A DNA stretch of 64,000 bases from Nitrosarchaeum sp. (lineage in GTDB: Archaea; Thermoproteota; Nitrososphaeria; Nitrososphaerales; Nitrosopumilaceae). The translations under genes were made by a program, and so were the position numbers. This document shows positions 25,614-35,027 of this stretch, piece by piece. Where the stretch lies: contig OZ245020.1 of NCBI GenBank assembly GCA_965223865.1, positions 352,001 to 416,000 on the forward strand, read 5' to 3'. The notes beneath the pieces are model-generated. The model had not been told where the DNA came from, did no database searches, and saw only the letters and a list, made by a program, of their open reading frames with translations. Position 1 is the first letter of the stretch. Each line of letters opens with the position of its first letter.

Positions 25614-27152
25614 TTATTTTCTAATTTTATAAATAATCATAGCAGGTGCGACAAAATACATTCCAATATTCATCAAAATTATTCCAATTCCATATCCTAG
25701 CATTTCTTGTTCGGAATTAATGTCAACATGATTTAGAAGAGATAAGCTGGTTAGCATTGGAGTCAGTACAATTTTTACAGTTTCTTTGAATAAAGGATTT
25801 TGGCGTTCTATATCTGCAATTGTTGGTGAGAATGAATAGTATAGTTGATTGAATTCTGTCATAAATACAGAACCTGATTTTGTTGAAAGTATTACATTAT
25901 CTCTTAATTCTCGTAGTTGTTGAATTTGAGGAGCTAACTCAGAGCCAAATGCCGCAGTAGCTATAAGACATCCACCGCCTTCCTCTTCATTTAGTATAGT
26001 TGCAGTTTCTTCTGAGAGAATTGAAAAAGAGTTTACAGATTCTTCGAATTTAGAAATTTCATTATCAAAATTTTCAATTCCATTACTGTATGCAAACGTA
26101 TAAAATTTTTCAGGAGTTGAAATTACAACTTCTCTGAATTTTACCTCAACTGATTGGCCATTGCTTTGAAACATACCTTGTGCATTTGTTACATAGGAAT
26201 CCTTGTTATTGATTTTGATTTTTTCTTGTGAAATTATTTCGAGATTACCAGATTCAATCGCACTCTTTAAAGATTCACCTTTTTCTAAAATTAGATCATC
26301 AAGGTTTTTTCCATTTGAATCACTTACTGCTAGAGATATTACTGGATTTACTGATCCGATTTTTGGTCCTACTGCAACTACATCAGGTATATTCTCATCC
26401 GTTTTCTCAGGTTCTTGTAGTAACCATCCAGCAGGTGCCTTAAAACCAATTCCTAAAGATTCGTTTTCAAAGAATTGGCTTTCAGGAGGTGTAGAAACTA
26501 TCGATTCAGTTCTTTGAGGTTCGCCAAGTTCAAGTAAATTTGATACTTCTGAACGATTAATGACTTCAGCCTTGGTGATTCTAACTTGTTCTATATCAAC
26601 TGGAATGTCTCGGGCTTTTGTTTCAACTGAGGCAATTTTATCAAGAGTATCAAAGCTTTCTTGTGTTACAATCCTGCCAAATACGGTATATTGTTCATCA
26701 AGATTTGTCCAATCTTGCATATTTGGTTGATCTGGTTTATCTTTGTGAACTATGAAAAATTGAGAACCTGCACTGTTAGGATCTGCCGCTCTTGCCATAG
26801 AAACAATTCCGCGTTTATGCTTTATGTTGTTAAATTCAGCATTTATAGAATCTCCCGGTCCTCCAGTTCCCCATGTGCTTTCATCTCCACTTTTTGTGTT
26901 AGGATCTCCTCCCTGAATCATAAATCCAGAAATTATTCGGTGAAAAAGAGTACCATCATAAAATCCAGTATTAGCTAATTCAATAAAATTAGTGACATGA
27001 TTAGGAGATTCGTCTGGGAAAAATTCTATTGTAATATTTCCTAGGTTAGTGTGCAAGATTACAAGTTTGTCATCAGTCTGGGCAAATGACTGGTTTTCAA
27101 GTCCGATAAATAGTAAAGATAACGTAATAATTGCAAAAACTACTTTCAACAA
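25614..27152 (-). CDS. Cyclophilin-type PPIase with CFI-box C-terminal anchor
   Basis: FHRII.GFMIQGGD, AGSQFFI; GGGCLIATAAFGSE. Confidence 0.9.
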   Translation of the reverse strand: MLKVVFAIITLSLLFIGLENQSFAQTDDKLVILHTNLGNITIEFFPDESPNHVTNFIELANTGFYDGTLFHRIISGFMIQGGDPNTKSGDESTWGTGGPGDSINAEFNNIKHKRGIVSMARAADPNSAGSQFFIVHKDKPDQPNMQDWTNLDEQYTVFGRIVTQESFDTLDKIASVETKARDIPVDIEQVRITKAEVINRSEVSNLLELGEPQRTESIVSTPPESQFFENESLGIGFKAPAGWLLQEPEKTDENIPDVVAVGPKIGSVNPVISLAVSDSNGKNLDDLILEKGESLKSAIESGNLEIISQEKIKINNKDSYVTNAQGMFQSNGQSVEVKFREVVISTPEKFYTFAYSNGIENFDNEISKFEESVNSFSILSEETATILNEEEGGGCLIATAAFGSELAPQIQQLRELRDNVILSTKSGSVFMTEFNQLYYSFSPTIADIERQNPLFKETVKIVLTPMLTSLSLLNHVDINSEQEMLGYGIGIILMNIGMYFVAPAMIIYKIRK

Positions 27153-27217
27153 AAAAATCTCTTTATCCCTTACTTAAAAGCCAATTGTATTAGTTTTTAA
27201 CAAGTATTTGAAAATAG

Positions 27218-27715
27218 TTGGATATGGAACCTGATGAAAAAATTCAGGCACATTTAGTTTCTGTTTGGAGGGAATCAAAAAAGATCTTCTCAATTGGTGG
27301 AAGAGAAGGCATGTTGATTTTGACAGATAGGCATTTGATGTTTGTTCATAAAACTGAAGCAAAGATGAAGTGGTGGCAAGCAGTTACTCAAAGACAAGTT
27401 GTGAGTTTTATTAGATCAAAAAATACGATGATTATTCATGATGGATATGATGAGACTAATCTCATGAAAGATTTAGAAAATAAAAAAAATGTAGAGATTT
27501 CATTTGATGATATTACAAGTATTTCTCATGAAGAAAAACCATGGGGAAGTGTTTTAATGCTAGAATACAAAAAAGATGAAAAGAAGGAAAAATTCCAATA
27601 TTCAATAGTCCAAGATTGGGTGAAATATCCAGCTAAGGATCCAACCAAACGCATGAGAGTTGATTGGGAGCCTTTTGTTCAATATATTAAAGACAGACAG
27701 AAATTTACAAGATAA
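27218..27715 (+). CDS. Conserved hypothetical protein (PH-like)
   Basis: EGMLILTDRHLMF pattern. Confidence 0.7.
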   Translation: MDMEPDEKIQAHLVSVWRESKKIFSIGGREGMLILTDRHLMFVHKTEAKMKWWQAVTQRQVVSFIRSKNTMIIHDGYDETNLMKDLENKKNVEISFDDITSISHEEKPWGSVLMLEYKKDEKKEKFQYSIVQDWVKYPAKDPTKRMRVDWEPFVQYIKDRQKFTR

Positions 27716-27717
27716 AA

Positions 27718-28434
27718 TTGGGAAAAATTTATGCAGTAGGTGTGGGTCCAGGTTCACCAAAATTTGTAACAGAAATTGTAAGAGAAGTCATACAAAATTG
27801 TCATGTTGTAATTGGCTACAAGTATACACTAAAAACAATTGAGCATTTGTTAGAAGGAAAAGAAGTTTACGAAATTACTATGAATAATCAAGAAGAGTCT
27901 TATCAAAAAATTCTACCAGAATTAGGAGAACGAACTTTGGTAATTCCTTTTACAGGCGATGTTAATTTTTCAGAATCTGAAGTTGTTGATAGACTAATCG
28001 AGGTTTTTGGTCAAATAGAAATTATACCTGGAATAAGTTCTATTCAGGTTGCAGCTGCAAAAGCCAAGATTCCTTTAGACAAATCCAAAGTTATTACAAT
28101 GCATGTTACAACATCGATTGAGGAAAAAAAATTAGAACTACAAAAGGCGTTGATTGATGGATTCAGTGTTATTTTGATTCCAAGGCCATGGCCAAAGCAA
28201 CCTGATAAGCACTTTATGCCATCTGAAATTGCAATTTATCTTAAAAATAATGGATTTGATACTAAAAAAATGAAAGTTCATGTCTTTGAGGCATTAACTA
28301 CTGAAAAGGAAACAAGTTTCGTTGGCAATGTAAAAGATTTGGAAGGAAAAGAATTTTCAGATCTATCTGTAATGGTTTTCAATCAATCTATTTTAGATTC
28401 ATATATAAATTACAAATGGCAGTGGAAAAACTAA
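27718..28434 (+). CDS. cbiE: Cobalt-precorrin-7 C5-methyltransferase
   Basis: VGVGPGS, TGD, IPGISSIQVAAA. Confidence 0.8.
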   Translation: MGKIYAVGVGPGSPKFVTEIVREVIQNCHVVIGYKYTLKTIEHLLEGKEVYEITMNNQEESYQKILPELGERTLVIPFTGDVNFSESEVVDRLIEVFGQIEIIPGISSIQVAAAKAKIPLDKSKVITMHVTTSIEEKKLELQKALIDGFSVILIPRPWPKQPDKHFMPSEIAIYLKNNGFDTKKMKVHVFEALTTEKETSFVGNVKDLEGKEFSDLSVMVFNQSILDSYINYKWQWKN

Positions 28435-29366
28435 TTGCCCAAATTTTGACCTTGGCCTAGAATTAAACTATCTACATCTGGGAATACATATGCCACAATT
28501 TTCATCCATTGATAATCTGGATCATAAAGTCTGTAGAATCCTGCTTCATCTAATGATATTGTTATTGATTCTCCTGGGGAAATATCTCCTGTTGATATTC
28601 TGCCATCTGGAGTAAATTGATTATAGCGGTCTCCATAGTTTTCTTTACCACTTTGAATACTATGAGAAACAACATCATCATTTACAATAGTGATGGTGGT
28701 TCCTGGCTCAACTGAAATCCTATCTTGTGAAAAGTATCTTAGTCTAAATGGATCAGATGAGCTTTGAGATGTTGCTTGTTCTGTAATGGAGCTTCCTTCA
28801 ATGTAACTACTAATAATTCCCTGGGATGATGAGCCTTCAAGAATATGGATAATTATTTGATCCTCAGATACTGTTGATTCGGTTGGAATTGGCTCAATTG
28901 TTGATAAATTAGAAAGTTTTGTTGTATAGATAATTTTGTAGGAATCATCACCATTTGTAACCCTGCCAGTAAATCCATACACCGAGGCAGACTTGCTCTC
29001 TTCAACTAGTCTTCCAAATAATCCTAATGATGCCTTAATGCCTGATTCGTCTTCAATATTACCATTAATTCTAATGTACTTTCCTTCTCGTAAAAATGTG
29101 GCCTGTAATTCTGTAGCAAGAAAGTCTTGATTATCTAAGGTGATGAATCCATCTTTAACTGTTGAATTAATTGAACTTCCAATCTGTTGTTGTGAAAATA
29201 TTGCCAAGTCCATTTCAGAAATTCTAATAATTTCTTCACTAACTGCAAATCCAGCTCCCTCTAAGATGAAGGTATTATTTGGTGTGATTTCTCCAAATGC
29301 CGTTGAAAATGAGAATCCTAGTGAAATTACTAGTAATGTAAATAATCCTGTTGTTAAAATTCTCAC
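28431..29366 (-). CDS. Secreted protein with C-terminal cupredoxin-like domain lacking the Cys/His ligands
   Basis: VEPGTTITIVNDD..SHSI...YDPDYQWM. Confidence 0.7.
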   Translation of the reverse strand: MRILTTGLFTLLVISLGFSFSTAFGEITPNNTFILEGAGFAVSEEIIRISEMDLAIFSQQQIGSSINSTVKDGFITLDNQDFLATELQATFLREGKYIRINGNIEDESGIKASLGLFGRLVEESKSASVYGFTGRVTNGDDSYKIIYTTKLSNLSTIEPIPTESTVSEDQIIIHILEGSSSQGIISSYIEGSSITEQATSQSSSDPFRLRYFSQDRISVEPGTTITIVNDDVVSHSIQSGKENYGDRYNQFTPDGRISTGDISPGESITISLDEAGFYRLYDPDYQWMKIVAYVFPDVDSLILGQGQNLGN

Positions 29367-29475
29367 ATTAGATTTTTAGTGTGATTTGGTTTATAATTTG
29401 CTACTAAATAATTTTAGATGTAAGATATAGTATATCTAAACACCTTTTTCACAAAAAATTCTGTCTATTATAATA

Positions 29476-30012
29476 TTAGAAACCAGGCATCTCAAAACCT
29501 TCATCTACTGCAAGTTTAATCATATAGTCTTCCAGAAATCCTCCTGCTAATAGAAGGCCTATTACAATGCCAACTTCTATCCCCGTTGGTTTTAGGAAAG
29601 GAATCAGGTTGATTTTTTTGCTTATTGCTCTAATCAGGATGAAACTTCTCGAGGTTGCTAAAGAATAGGCTACAAGCTCCATGATTCCAAATGGAGATAG
29701 ATAGAGTATTGCCAAAGGAGGTATCTCATTTAATTGAGGATTTATAGTCATTATTGCCGAAAAAGCAAAGCCTGTAGACCAAGCAGAAAATAATCCCCAT
29801 GCAACTCCGAATCCTGGAATAAACATTGGTAGTGAGATAGTTGTGTTATGAAGAAATATTCCAATAGCGTCAATGTCCTTTACAAGTTCTTCAAATTCGG
29901 CCATGAATGCCTCTGCTTCCTCATTGGAGACCTCAGAGAACGAACCCAATTGGTATGCTGCAGAAAATAATCCCATAAAAACAAAAAAAGCAATAATCCT
30001 AATTTTGGACAC
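29476..30012 (-). CDS. SpoIIM-like membrane protein
   Basis: IFLHN, PFGIMEL, LLLAGGFLE. Confidence 0.75.
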   Translation of the reverse strand: MSKIRIIAFFVFMGLFSAAYQLGSFSEVSNEEAEAFMAEFEELVKDIDAIGIFLHNTTISLPMFIPGFGVAWGLFSAWSTGFAFSAIMTINPQLNEIPPLAILYLSPFGIMELVAYSLATSRSFILIRAISKKINLIPFLKPTGIEVGIVIGLLLAGGFLEDYMIKLAVDEGFEMPGF

Positions 30013-30089
30013 AAAAAAATTTGTTTAATACAATATTTGAGGCTTCGTAGTATAGGCGCAGATTTAATTAAACCACAAATTATTCCTCG

Positions 30090-31538
30090 ATGTTGAAAAA
30101 GGAATTAACCTTTGTTTTGAATTATGCGTTAAATAAGGGATTTCAAATTCATCCTGATGCTTTAAAGATTTTAGAAAATGTAGATTTGAAAAAATTAGAG
30201 AAAATTATCAAAGAAATTGTAAGAGAAAAGAGCAAACAGAAATTATTTCAAATTAGTCAGGATGACCTTGAGACCTACTTGGGAATCAAAGAGGATCAAA
30301 CCTTGCAAAATGAGCATAAGATTTTGTCTGATCCCACCTCAAAGATTACGACTGGTGAGGGTGTGAAAGGATACAATGCATTATTTTCTAGCCGATTCAA
30401 CAAGCTTAAGAGAATCATTTCTGATAGACCTGAGTCAAGGATGATCAAATCCATTGCGTCTGTAAAGGCGGCAAAATCTGAAGATGATATGTATATTTGT
30501 GGTTTAGTTTCAGCAAGAAATACTGAAAGAAATGTTACAAAATTAGTTTTGGAAGATCCTTCAGGAAGTTTTGAGGGTATTGTGTTTGATGGAGAATTAC
30601 AAAATGCTGCAGGTACCTTACTAATTGACCAGTTTGTTATGGTAAGAATTAGTATTGGGAAAAATGCAGGTTTTATCATTAAAGATTTGATTTTACCGGA
30701 TATTCCTGATCAGGCTACAAACAGGTCTGAGACAGAGACTTTTGCTGTATTTCTATCAGATCTTCATATTGGTAGTAAATACTTCATGGAAGAGGAGTTT
30801 ACAAATTTTGTTAATTGGATCTCAAGTCCTGATCCTGTGGCAAGAAAAATTCGATATGTGTTAATCGGAGGAGATATTGTAGATGGGGTAGGAATCTATC
30901 CCAATCAAGACAAGGAATTGGTTTGTAAGACAATAGAAGAACAACTAAAGAAATTGGAGGGTCTGCTAGATAAAATTCCAAAATATGTCAAAATAATCAT
31001 TATGCCAGGCAATCATGATCCTGGACGTAGGGCTTTACCCCAACCCGCAATTCCAAAAAAATACAATCCTAGTTTATGGGACAGAGATAATGTTTTCATG
31101 GTAGGAAATCCAGCCATGGTTTCTCTAAATGGGGTAAAAATTTTGATGTTTCACGGTCAAAGTATAGATGATATTGTAAAGACAACCCCAGGTCTGAGTT
31201 ATGATAATCCTGCAAATGTCATGAAACATCTTTTGAGAGCAAGACATCTTAGTCCAATTTATGGTAGCCAGACACCAATTGCTCCAGAAATAGAAGATCT
31301 TATGGTTATTGATGAAATTCCAGATATTTTTCATGTAGGTCATGTGCATAGAGCACAATTAGATATGTACAAGGGAATTTTATTGGTGAATTCAGGTTCA
31401 TGGCAAAAACAAACTCCATTTCAGGCAAGTGTAGGAATGACTCCGAATCCTGGAATTGCTTTAATGGTTAATTTGAAAACTTTTCAGGTATTTCATGAAA
31501 ACTATAATTCTAATTTAAACAATATCCTTCAAAGTTAG
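30090..31538 (+). CDS. polB: DNA polymerase D small subunit DP1
   Basis: OB fold LEDPSG; SDLHIGS, GDIVDG, PGNHD, HG and GHVH phosphoesterase motifs. Confidence 0.95.
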   Translation: MLKKELTFVLNYALNKGFQIHPDALKILENVDLKKLEKIIKEIVREKSKQKLFQISQDDLETYLGIKEDQTLQNEHKILSDPTSKITTGEGVKGYNALFSSRFNKLKRIISDRPESRMIKSIASVKAAKSEDDMYICGLVSARNTERNVTKLVLEDPSGSFEGIVFDGELQNAAGTLLIDQFVMVRISIGKNAGFIIKDLILPDIPDQATNRSETETFAVFLSDLHIGSKYFMEEEFTNFVNWISSPDPVARKIRYVLIGGDIVDGVGIYPNQDKELVCKTIEEQLKKLEGLLDKIPKYVKIIIMPGNHDPGRRALPQPAIPKKYNPSLWDRDNVFMVGNPAMVSLNGVKILMFHGQSIDDIVKTTPGLSYDNPANVMKHLLRARHLSPIYGSQTPIAPEIEDLMVIDEIPDIFHVGHVHRAQLDMYKGILLVNSGSWQKQTPFQASVGMTPNPGIALMVNLKTFQVFHENYNSNLNNILQS

Positions 31539-32723
31539 GTCGTCTTTGAATGTTTTTTTAACCATTTCAGAGGAAATTGTTAGTTTGTATTTTTTGGTCC
31601 TTCCATGAATTCCTTGATGGACAAGTCTTCCAGTAATAATACCAGATAATTCGATTTCGCTTAGCATTTGAGTTATTCTTCTCTGAGTAAGTTCATCTCT
31701 TCCTACAGATTTACATAGAGATTTGTATGATGAATATATTTCACCAGTAGATGAGCCAGAGGCTTTCATTATTGCAAGAATAAGTAATTTTTCATGTAGA
31801 GGGTATGATTTTAGGGATGTTTCCTCTTTATTTTCTTCAATTTTTTGGGATGCATATCTAACATGTTCCTTTGTCACTTTGTCTGATTGTTGTCTTTCTG
31901 CAAGTTCTCCTGCAACTCGGATTAGGTCAATTGCTCGTCTTGCATCACCATGCTCACCTCCTGCTAGAGCCGCACAAAGATTTAGTGCTGATTCTTCAAC
32001 TGAATTGGCCTCAAAAGCATCCTTTATTCTTTCTTCCAGAATTTTTTTAATTTGCTCAACATTGTAGTTTGTAAAAACAATCTCCTCCTCTCCTAGACTA
32101 CTAATTACTCTTGGATCCAGTTTTTCTTTGAAGGTAAGGTCATTTGAAATACCAACTAAGGTTAGTGAGCCTTGATTTAATCTCTCGTTTGCTCGGGTTA
32201 ATTGATAAAGTATGTCCTTTCCTGTTTTTGAGATTAATTCGGCTAAATAATCAATTTCATCAATTACAAAGATTACGTTAATTTTAGTTTCATTGATATT
32301 GTTTAGAATTCTCTTAAAGACCTCACTTATTGCTAGTCCAGTTGATGGAAGTTCTTTATCTAGTAGACCTAATTGACGACCAAAGCTTACTAGAAGACCA
32401 TATAGTGTTGTCTCTTCTTTAGAATTTGAATAGATTAGTTTTATAGGAAAATTGGATTTTTCAACTCTTTCTTGGATTTTTGATATTACTTTTTTTACAA
32501 CTAGGGTTTTACCAGTGCCAGGCTTGCCATACACTAGGAGATTTGATGGTCTTGATTGTTTGAGTATAGGCAATAATGATTGGGTTACCTGTTCTTGTTC
32601 TGTGGTTCTATGTTGGATGGTATTTGGGATATAGGTAAAGTGAAGAATTTCACGATTTTTAATAATTGATCTGCCGGACTCTGCTGCATCCAGTAATCTG
32701 TCTATTGGATCTGACACACTCAC
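31515..32723 (-). CDS. cdc6: Orc1/Cdc6 replication initiator
   Basis: GKPGTGKT, IDEID, GDARRA, C-terminal wH domain. Confidence 0.96.
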   Translation of the reverse strand: MSVSDPIDRLLDAAESGRSIIKNREILHFTYIPNTIQHRTTEQEQVTQSLLPILKQSRPSNLLVYGKPGTGKTLVVKKVISKIQERVEKSNFPIKLIYSNSKEETTLYGLLVSFGRQLGLLDKELPSTGLAISEVFKRILNNINETKINVIFVIDEIDYLAELISKTGKDILYQLTRANERLNQGSLTLVGISNDLTFKEKLDPRVISSLGEEEIVFTNYNVEQIKKILEERIKDAFEANSVEESALNLCAALAGGEHGDARRAIDLIRVAGELAERQQSDKVTKEHVRYASQKIEENKEETSLKSYPLHEKLLILAIMKASGSSTGEIYSSYKSLCKSVGRDELTQRRITQMLSEIELSGIITGRLVHQGIHGRTKKYKLTISSEMVKKTFKDDLTLKDIV

Positions 32724-33175
32724 ACACCTTTGTTTCTACTCAATAGTAACATAATCCTCTCTAAATTAGAAGAGTATAGAATAGAATAATAATTCTAGTT
32801 TAGTTTGTAATTAATTTATTTTAGTTAGATTTTTTCAAAAAAAAATAGAAAAAGAGAGAGTGGAAATATTGGTGTGTGGGTTTATTCTTAATTTTGACTA
32901 GTTAACAAAATGTTAATTTTATGTTAAGAAAAAACCAAAAAAGGCCATTTTTACCCCTATATTTCCATTCCAGGCGTTAAGGTCGCCGTTAACAATGTTA
33001 ATGAGAACAAAACTACCCCTTCATTTCCACTCCAGGCATAAAATTTGAAGTATTTCCTTATCTACTAATTCTAAATTGTTAATAACAAAAAATATGCTAG
33101 GCATGAGTTACGCAGTCAATGTTAACAAAGTAATTAGTTAACAAATATTCTCGGATCAGTTGAACTGTTAACACC
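32721..33175. other. Chromosomal replication origin (oriC) with ORB elements and AT-rich DUE
   Basis: ORB-like GGA(A/G)TGGAAAT..AGGGGTA on minus at 32952-32975 and 33014-33037 (21/24 identical); GAGTGGAAATATTGGTGTGTG on plus at 32858-32878; GAGTAGAAACAAAGGTGTGTG on minus at 32721-32741; AT-rich 32879-32951; adjacent to cdc6. Confidence 0.85.
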
Positions 33176-33195
33176 AGATCCTCATAGATCTAAAG

Positions 33196-33582
33196 ATGGC
33201 AAAAAAACGCATTAGAATTGATATGGAAGATTCTGATGGAGCTCGATATGATATAAAATTAGAGGGAAATGTAACAAGAGACAAAGTTCTAAAAATATTT
33301 GAAATGATGGATTTAATGAATATTGAAGAGGAGCAAGAAACTAATCATATGGACTCTATAGGAGCCAAAATATGGTATATTATAGATAAATTCTTCCCTA
33401 TGGGCAAATTTACTTCAAGTAATATTCTCGAAAAATATGAAGATGAGTATAATGAACCAGTAAAACTAAGTATAATTTCTACATATTTATCCCGATTTTC
33501 TTCAAAAGGTAAAATAGATAGAACTAGAACCGGGCGTGAATGGACATACCAAACCATAAAAATCGGCCAAAAACAAAGATAA
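33196..33582 (+). CDS. Winged-helix DNA-binding protein next to oriC
   Basis: C-terminal FTSSNI...KLSIISTYLSRF..KG.IDR.R.GREWTY wHTH pattern. Confidence 0.8.
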   Translation: MAKKRIRIDMEDSDGARYDIKLEGNVTRDKVLKIFEMMDLMNIEEEQETNHMDSIGAKIWYIIDKFFPMGKFTSSNILEKYEDEYNEPVKLSIISTYLSRFSSKGKIDRTRTGREWTYQTIKIGQKQR

Positions 33583-33586
33583 TACT

Positions 33587-33748
33587 CTAAGTAATCAAAA
33601 TTTTACGAACAATTAACCTGTCTTTTCCTAAAATAACTTTAACATATTCACCTTTTTGAATATCCATATATTTCCGAAACTGTTTAGGGATCGAAATTGT
33701 TCCTGCGGATGTAATTTTTACTAATACTTCATTTTCTGATATAGACAT
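33587..33748 (-). CDS. AbrB/MazE/SpoVT-family DNA-binding protein (53 aa, not in ORF track)
   Basis: MSISENEVLVKITSAGTISIPKQFRKYMDIQKGEYVKVILGKDRLIVRKILIT*. Confidence 0.85.
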   Translation of the reverse strand: MSISENEVLVKITSAGTISIPKQFRKYMDIQKGEYVKVILGKDRLIVRKILIT

Positions 33749-33881
33749 ATTTTGATTATAAATTAATAATATATATAATTTAATGAAATCTATATTTTAT
33801 AATTAATAATAAATTATCCATTATTTCCTCATTTTTTAAGGGAGACATTCAATAAAATAACAAAAAAATTTCTGAAACAGT

Positions 33882-34475
33882 TTATGCAATTATTGAATTG
33901 TTCTGAATCGAGGCAATTCTTTCTTGTCCTTTTTCTGTAATAGAATATGTGTATGGTTTAGTTTTGGTATTTCTGTCAACTAATCCATCTTCAAATAATT
34001 TTTTCATAAACCTAGAAGTATGTTCTCTACTGCGGTTTAGGGCCCTTTGAATATCACGTGACGTCATAGCTTTGTCTGTGACTAGTTGTAATACTTGCTC
34101 TGTGACGTCATTTGAGTCAATAGTAGGTGCTTCAACTATTTTTGATTCTTTTATTATCTTCTCAGGCTTGGATTCAATATTACTTTTAATTAACTGCTCT
34201 TTTTTTGCTAGTTTTTCCAAAAATTCTTTTAATTCCATGTTTGGATCCTCAGATTTTGTCTCAATTCCTTGTAATTCCAGGGCATCTAGACGTATTTTCA
34301 TATCAATTAATTGCCTTTCATAATATTCTAGGCGTTCTGACTGTGATGAATCATTAGTTTTAGTATTGATTAATGGACGAATTTTATAAAACGCATATAG
34401 GCCTCCTAAACCTACCAGAAATGCCAAAATCACACTTAAAATAACTTCAGGGTCTGGAATTTCTATTAACATCAC
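33882..34475 (-). CDS. Membrane-anchored coiled-coil wHTH protein
   Basis: N-terminal TM helix, coiled coil (YYERQLIDMKIRLDALE), C-terminal TSRDIQ...SREHTSR.MKKLFEDG.V.R...KPYTY.ITEKG. Confidence 0.82.
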   Translation of the reverse strand: MMLIEIPDPEVILSVILAFLVGLGGLYAFYKIRPLINTKTNDSSQSERLEYYERQLIDMKIRLDALELQGIETKSEDPNMELKEFLEKLAKKEQLIKSNIESKPEKIIKESKIVEAPTIDSNDVTEQVLQLVTDKAMTSRDIQRALNRSREHTSRFMKKLFEDGLVDRNTKTKPYTYSITEKGQERIASIQNNSIIA

Positions 34476-34599
34476 AGATTTTATTCTTATATCGTGATTT
34501 ATCGTGATTGAACAACATTATTTCACACTTTAGATTAACAAACTCACATTACCTATCACAAACTACTCGGCAAGGAAACTACACCAATAACAATCAATA

Positions 34600-34962
34600 T
34601 CACATATTACATGCCTGACGGATGACTTTATCAATCACATTAATGACCTCACCTTCTCGTTCTGGAAAAACATCACTGTTTTTTATCACACTGATCTGTT
34701 CTGAAAGTTTTGAAATCACATCAATATCATCTGGCAAAAGTATGCCTAGACCACGTAAAAGTATGATTGAATAGAATAATGCAATTAATTTATCTCTAGA
34801 TTGATTTACTTGCCTATAATACGCACCTTTTGTTATGCTAAATTTAGATTCTAGAAGATCTTTCTGATTTAAAATAATTTCAATTTGTCGCTCTGTAAAT
34901 AATGATTTTTTGATAATTTGTCGTATAATATTGTTAAAATTGGATTTTTCAATGTCCTCCAT
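34600..34962 (-). CDS. Conserved HTH-like protein
   Basis: FTERQIEII...ITKGAYYRQVNQSR helix-turn-helix-like; MEDIEK ATG near 34962 likely start. Confidence 0.65.
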   Translation of the reverse strand: MEDIEKSNFNNIIRQIIKKSLFTERQIEIILNQKDLLESKFSITKGAYYRQVNQSRDKLIALFYSIILLRGLGILLPDDIDVISKLSEQISVIKNSDVFPEREGEVINVIDKVIRQACNM

Positions 34963-35027
34963 AGCTATACAAATCTGTATACCAACATTCCAATTAAACT
35001 TTAAAGAGTCATCCACAAACCAATTTT

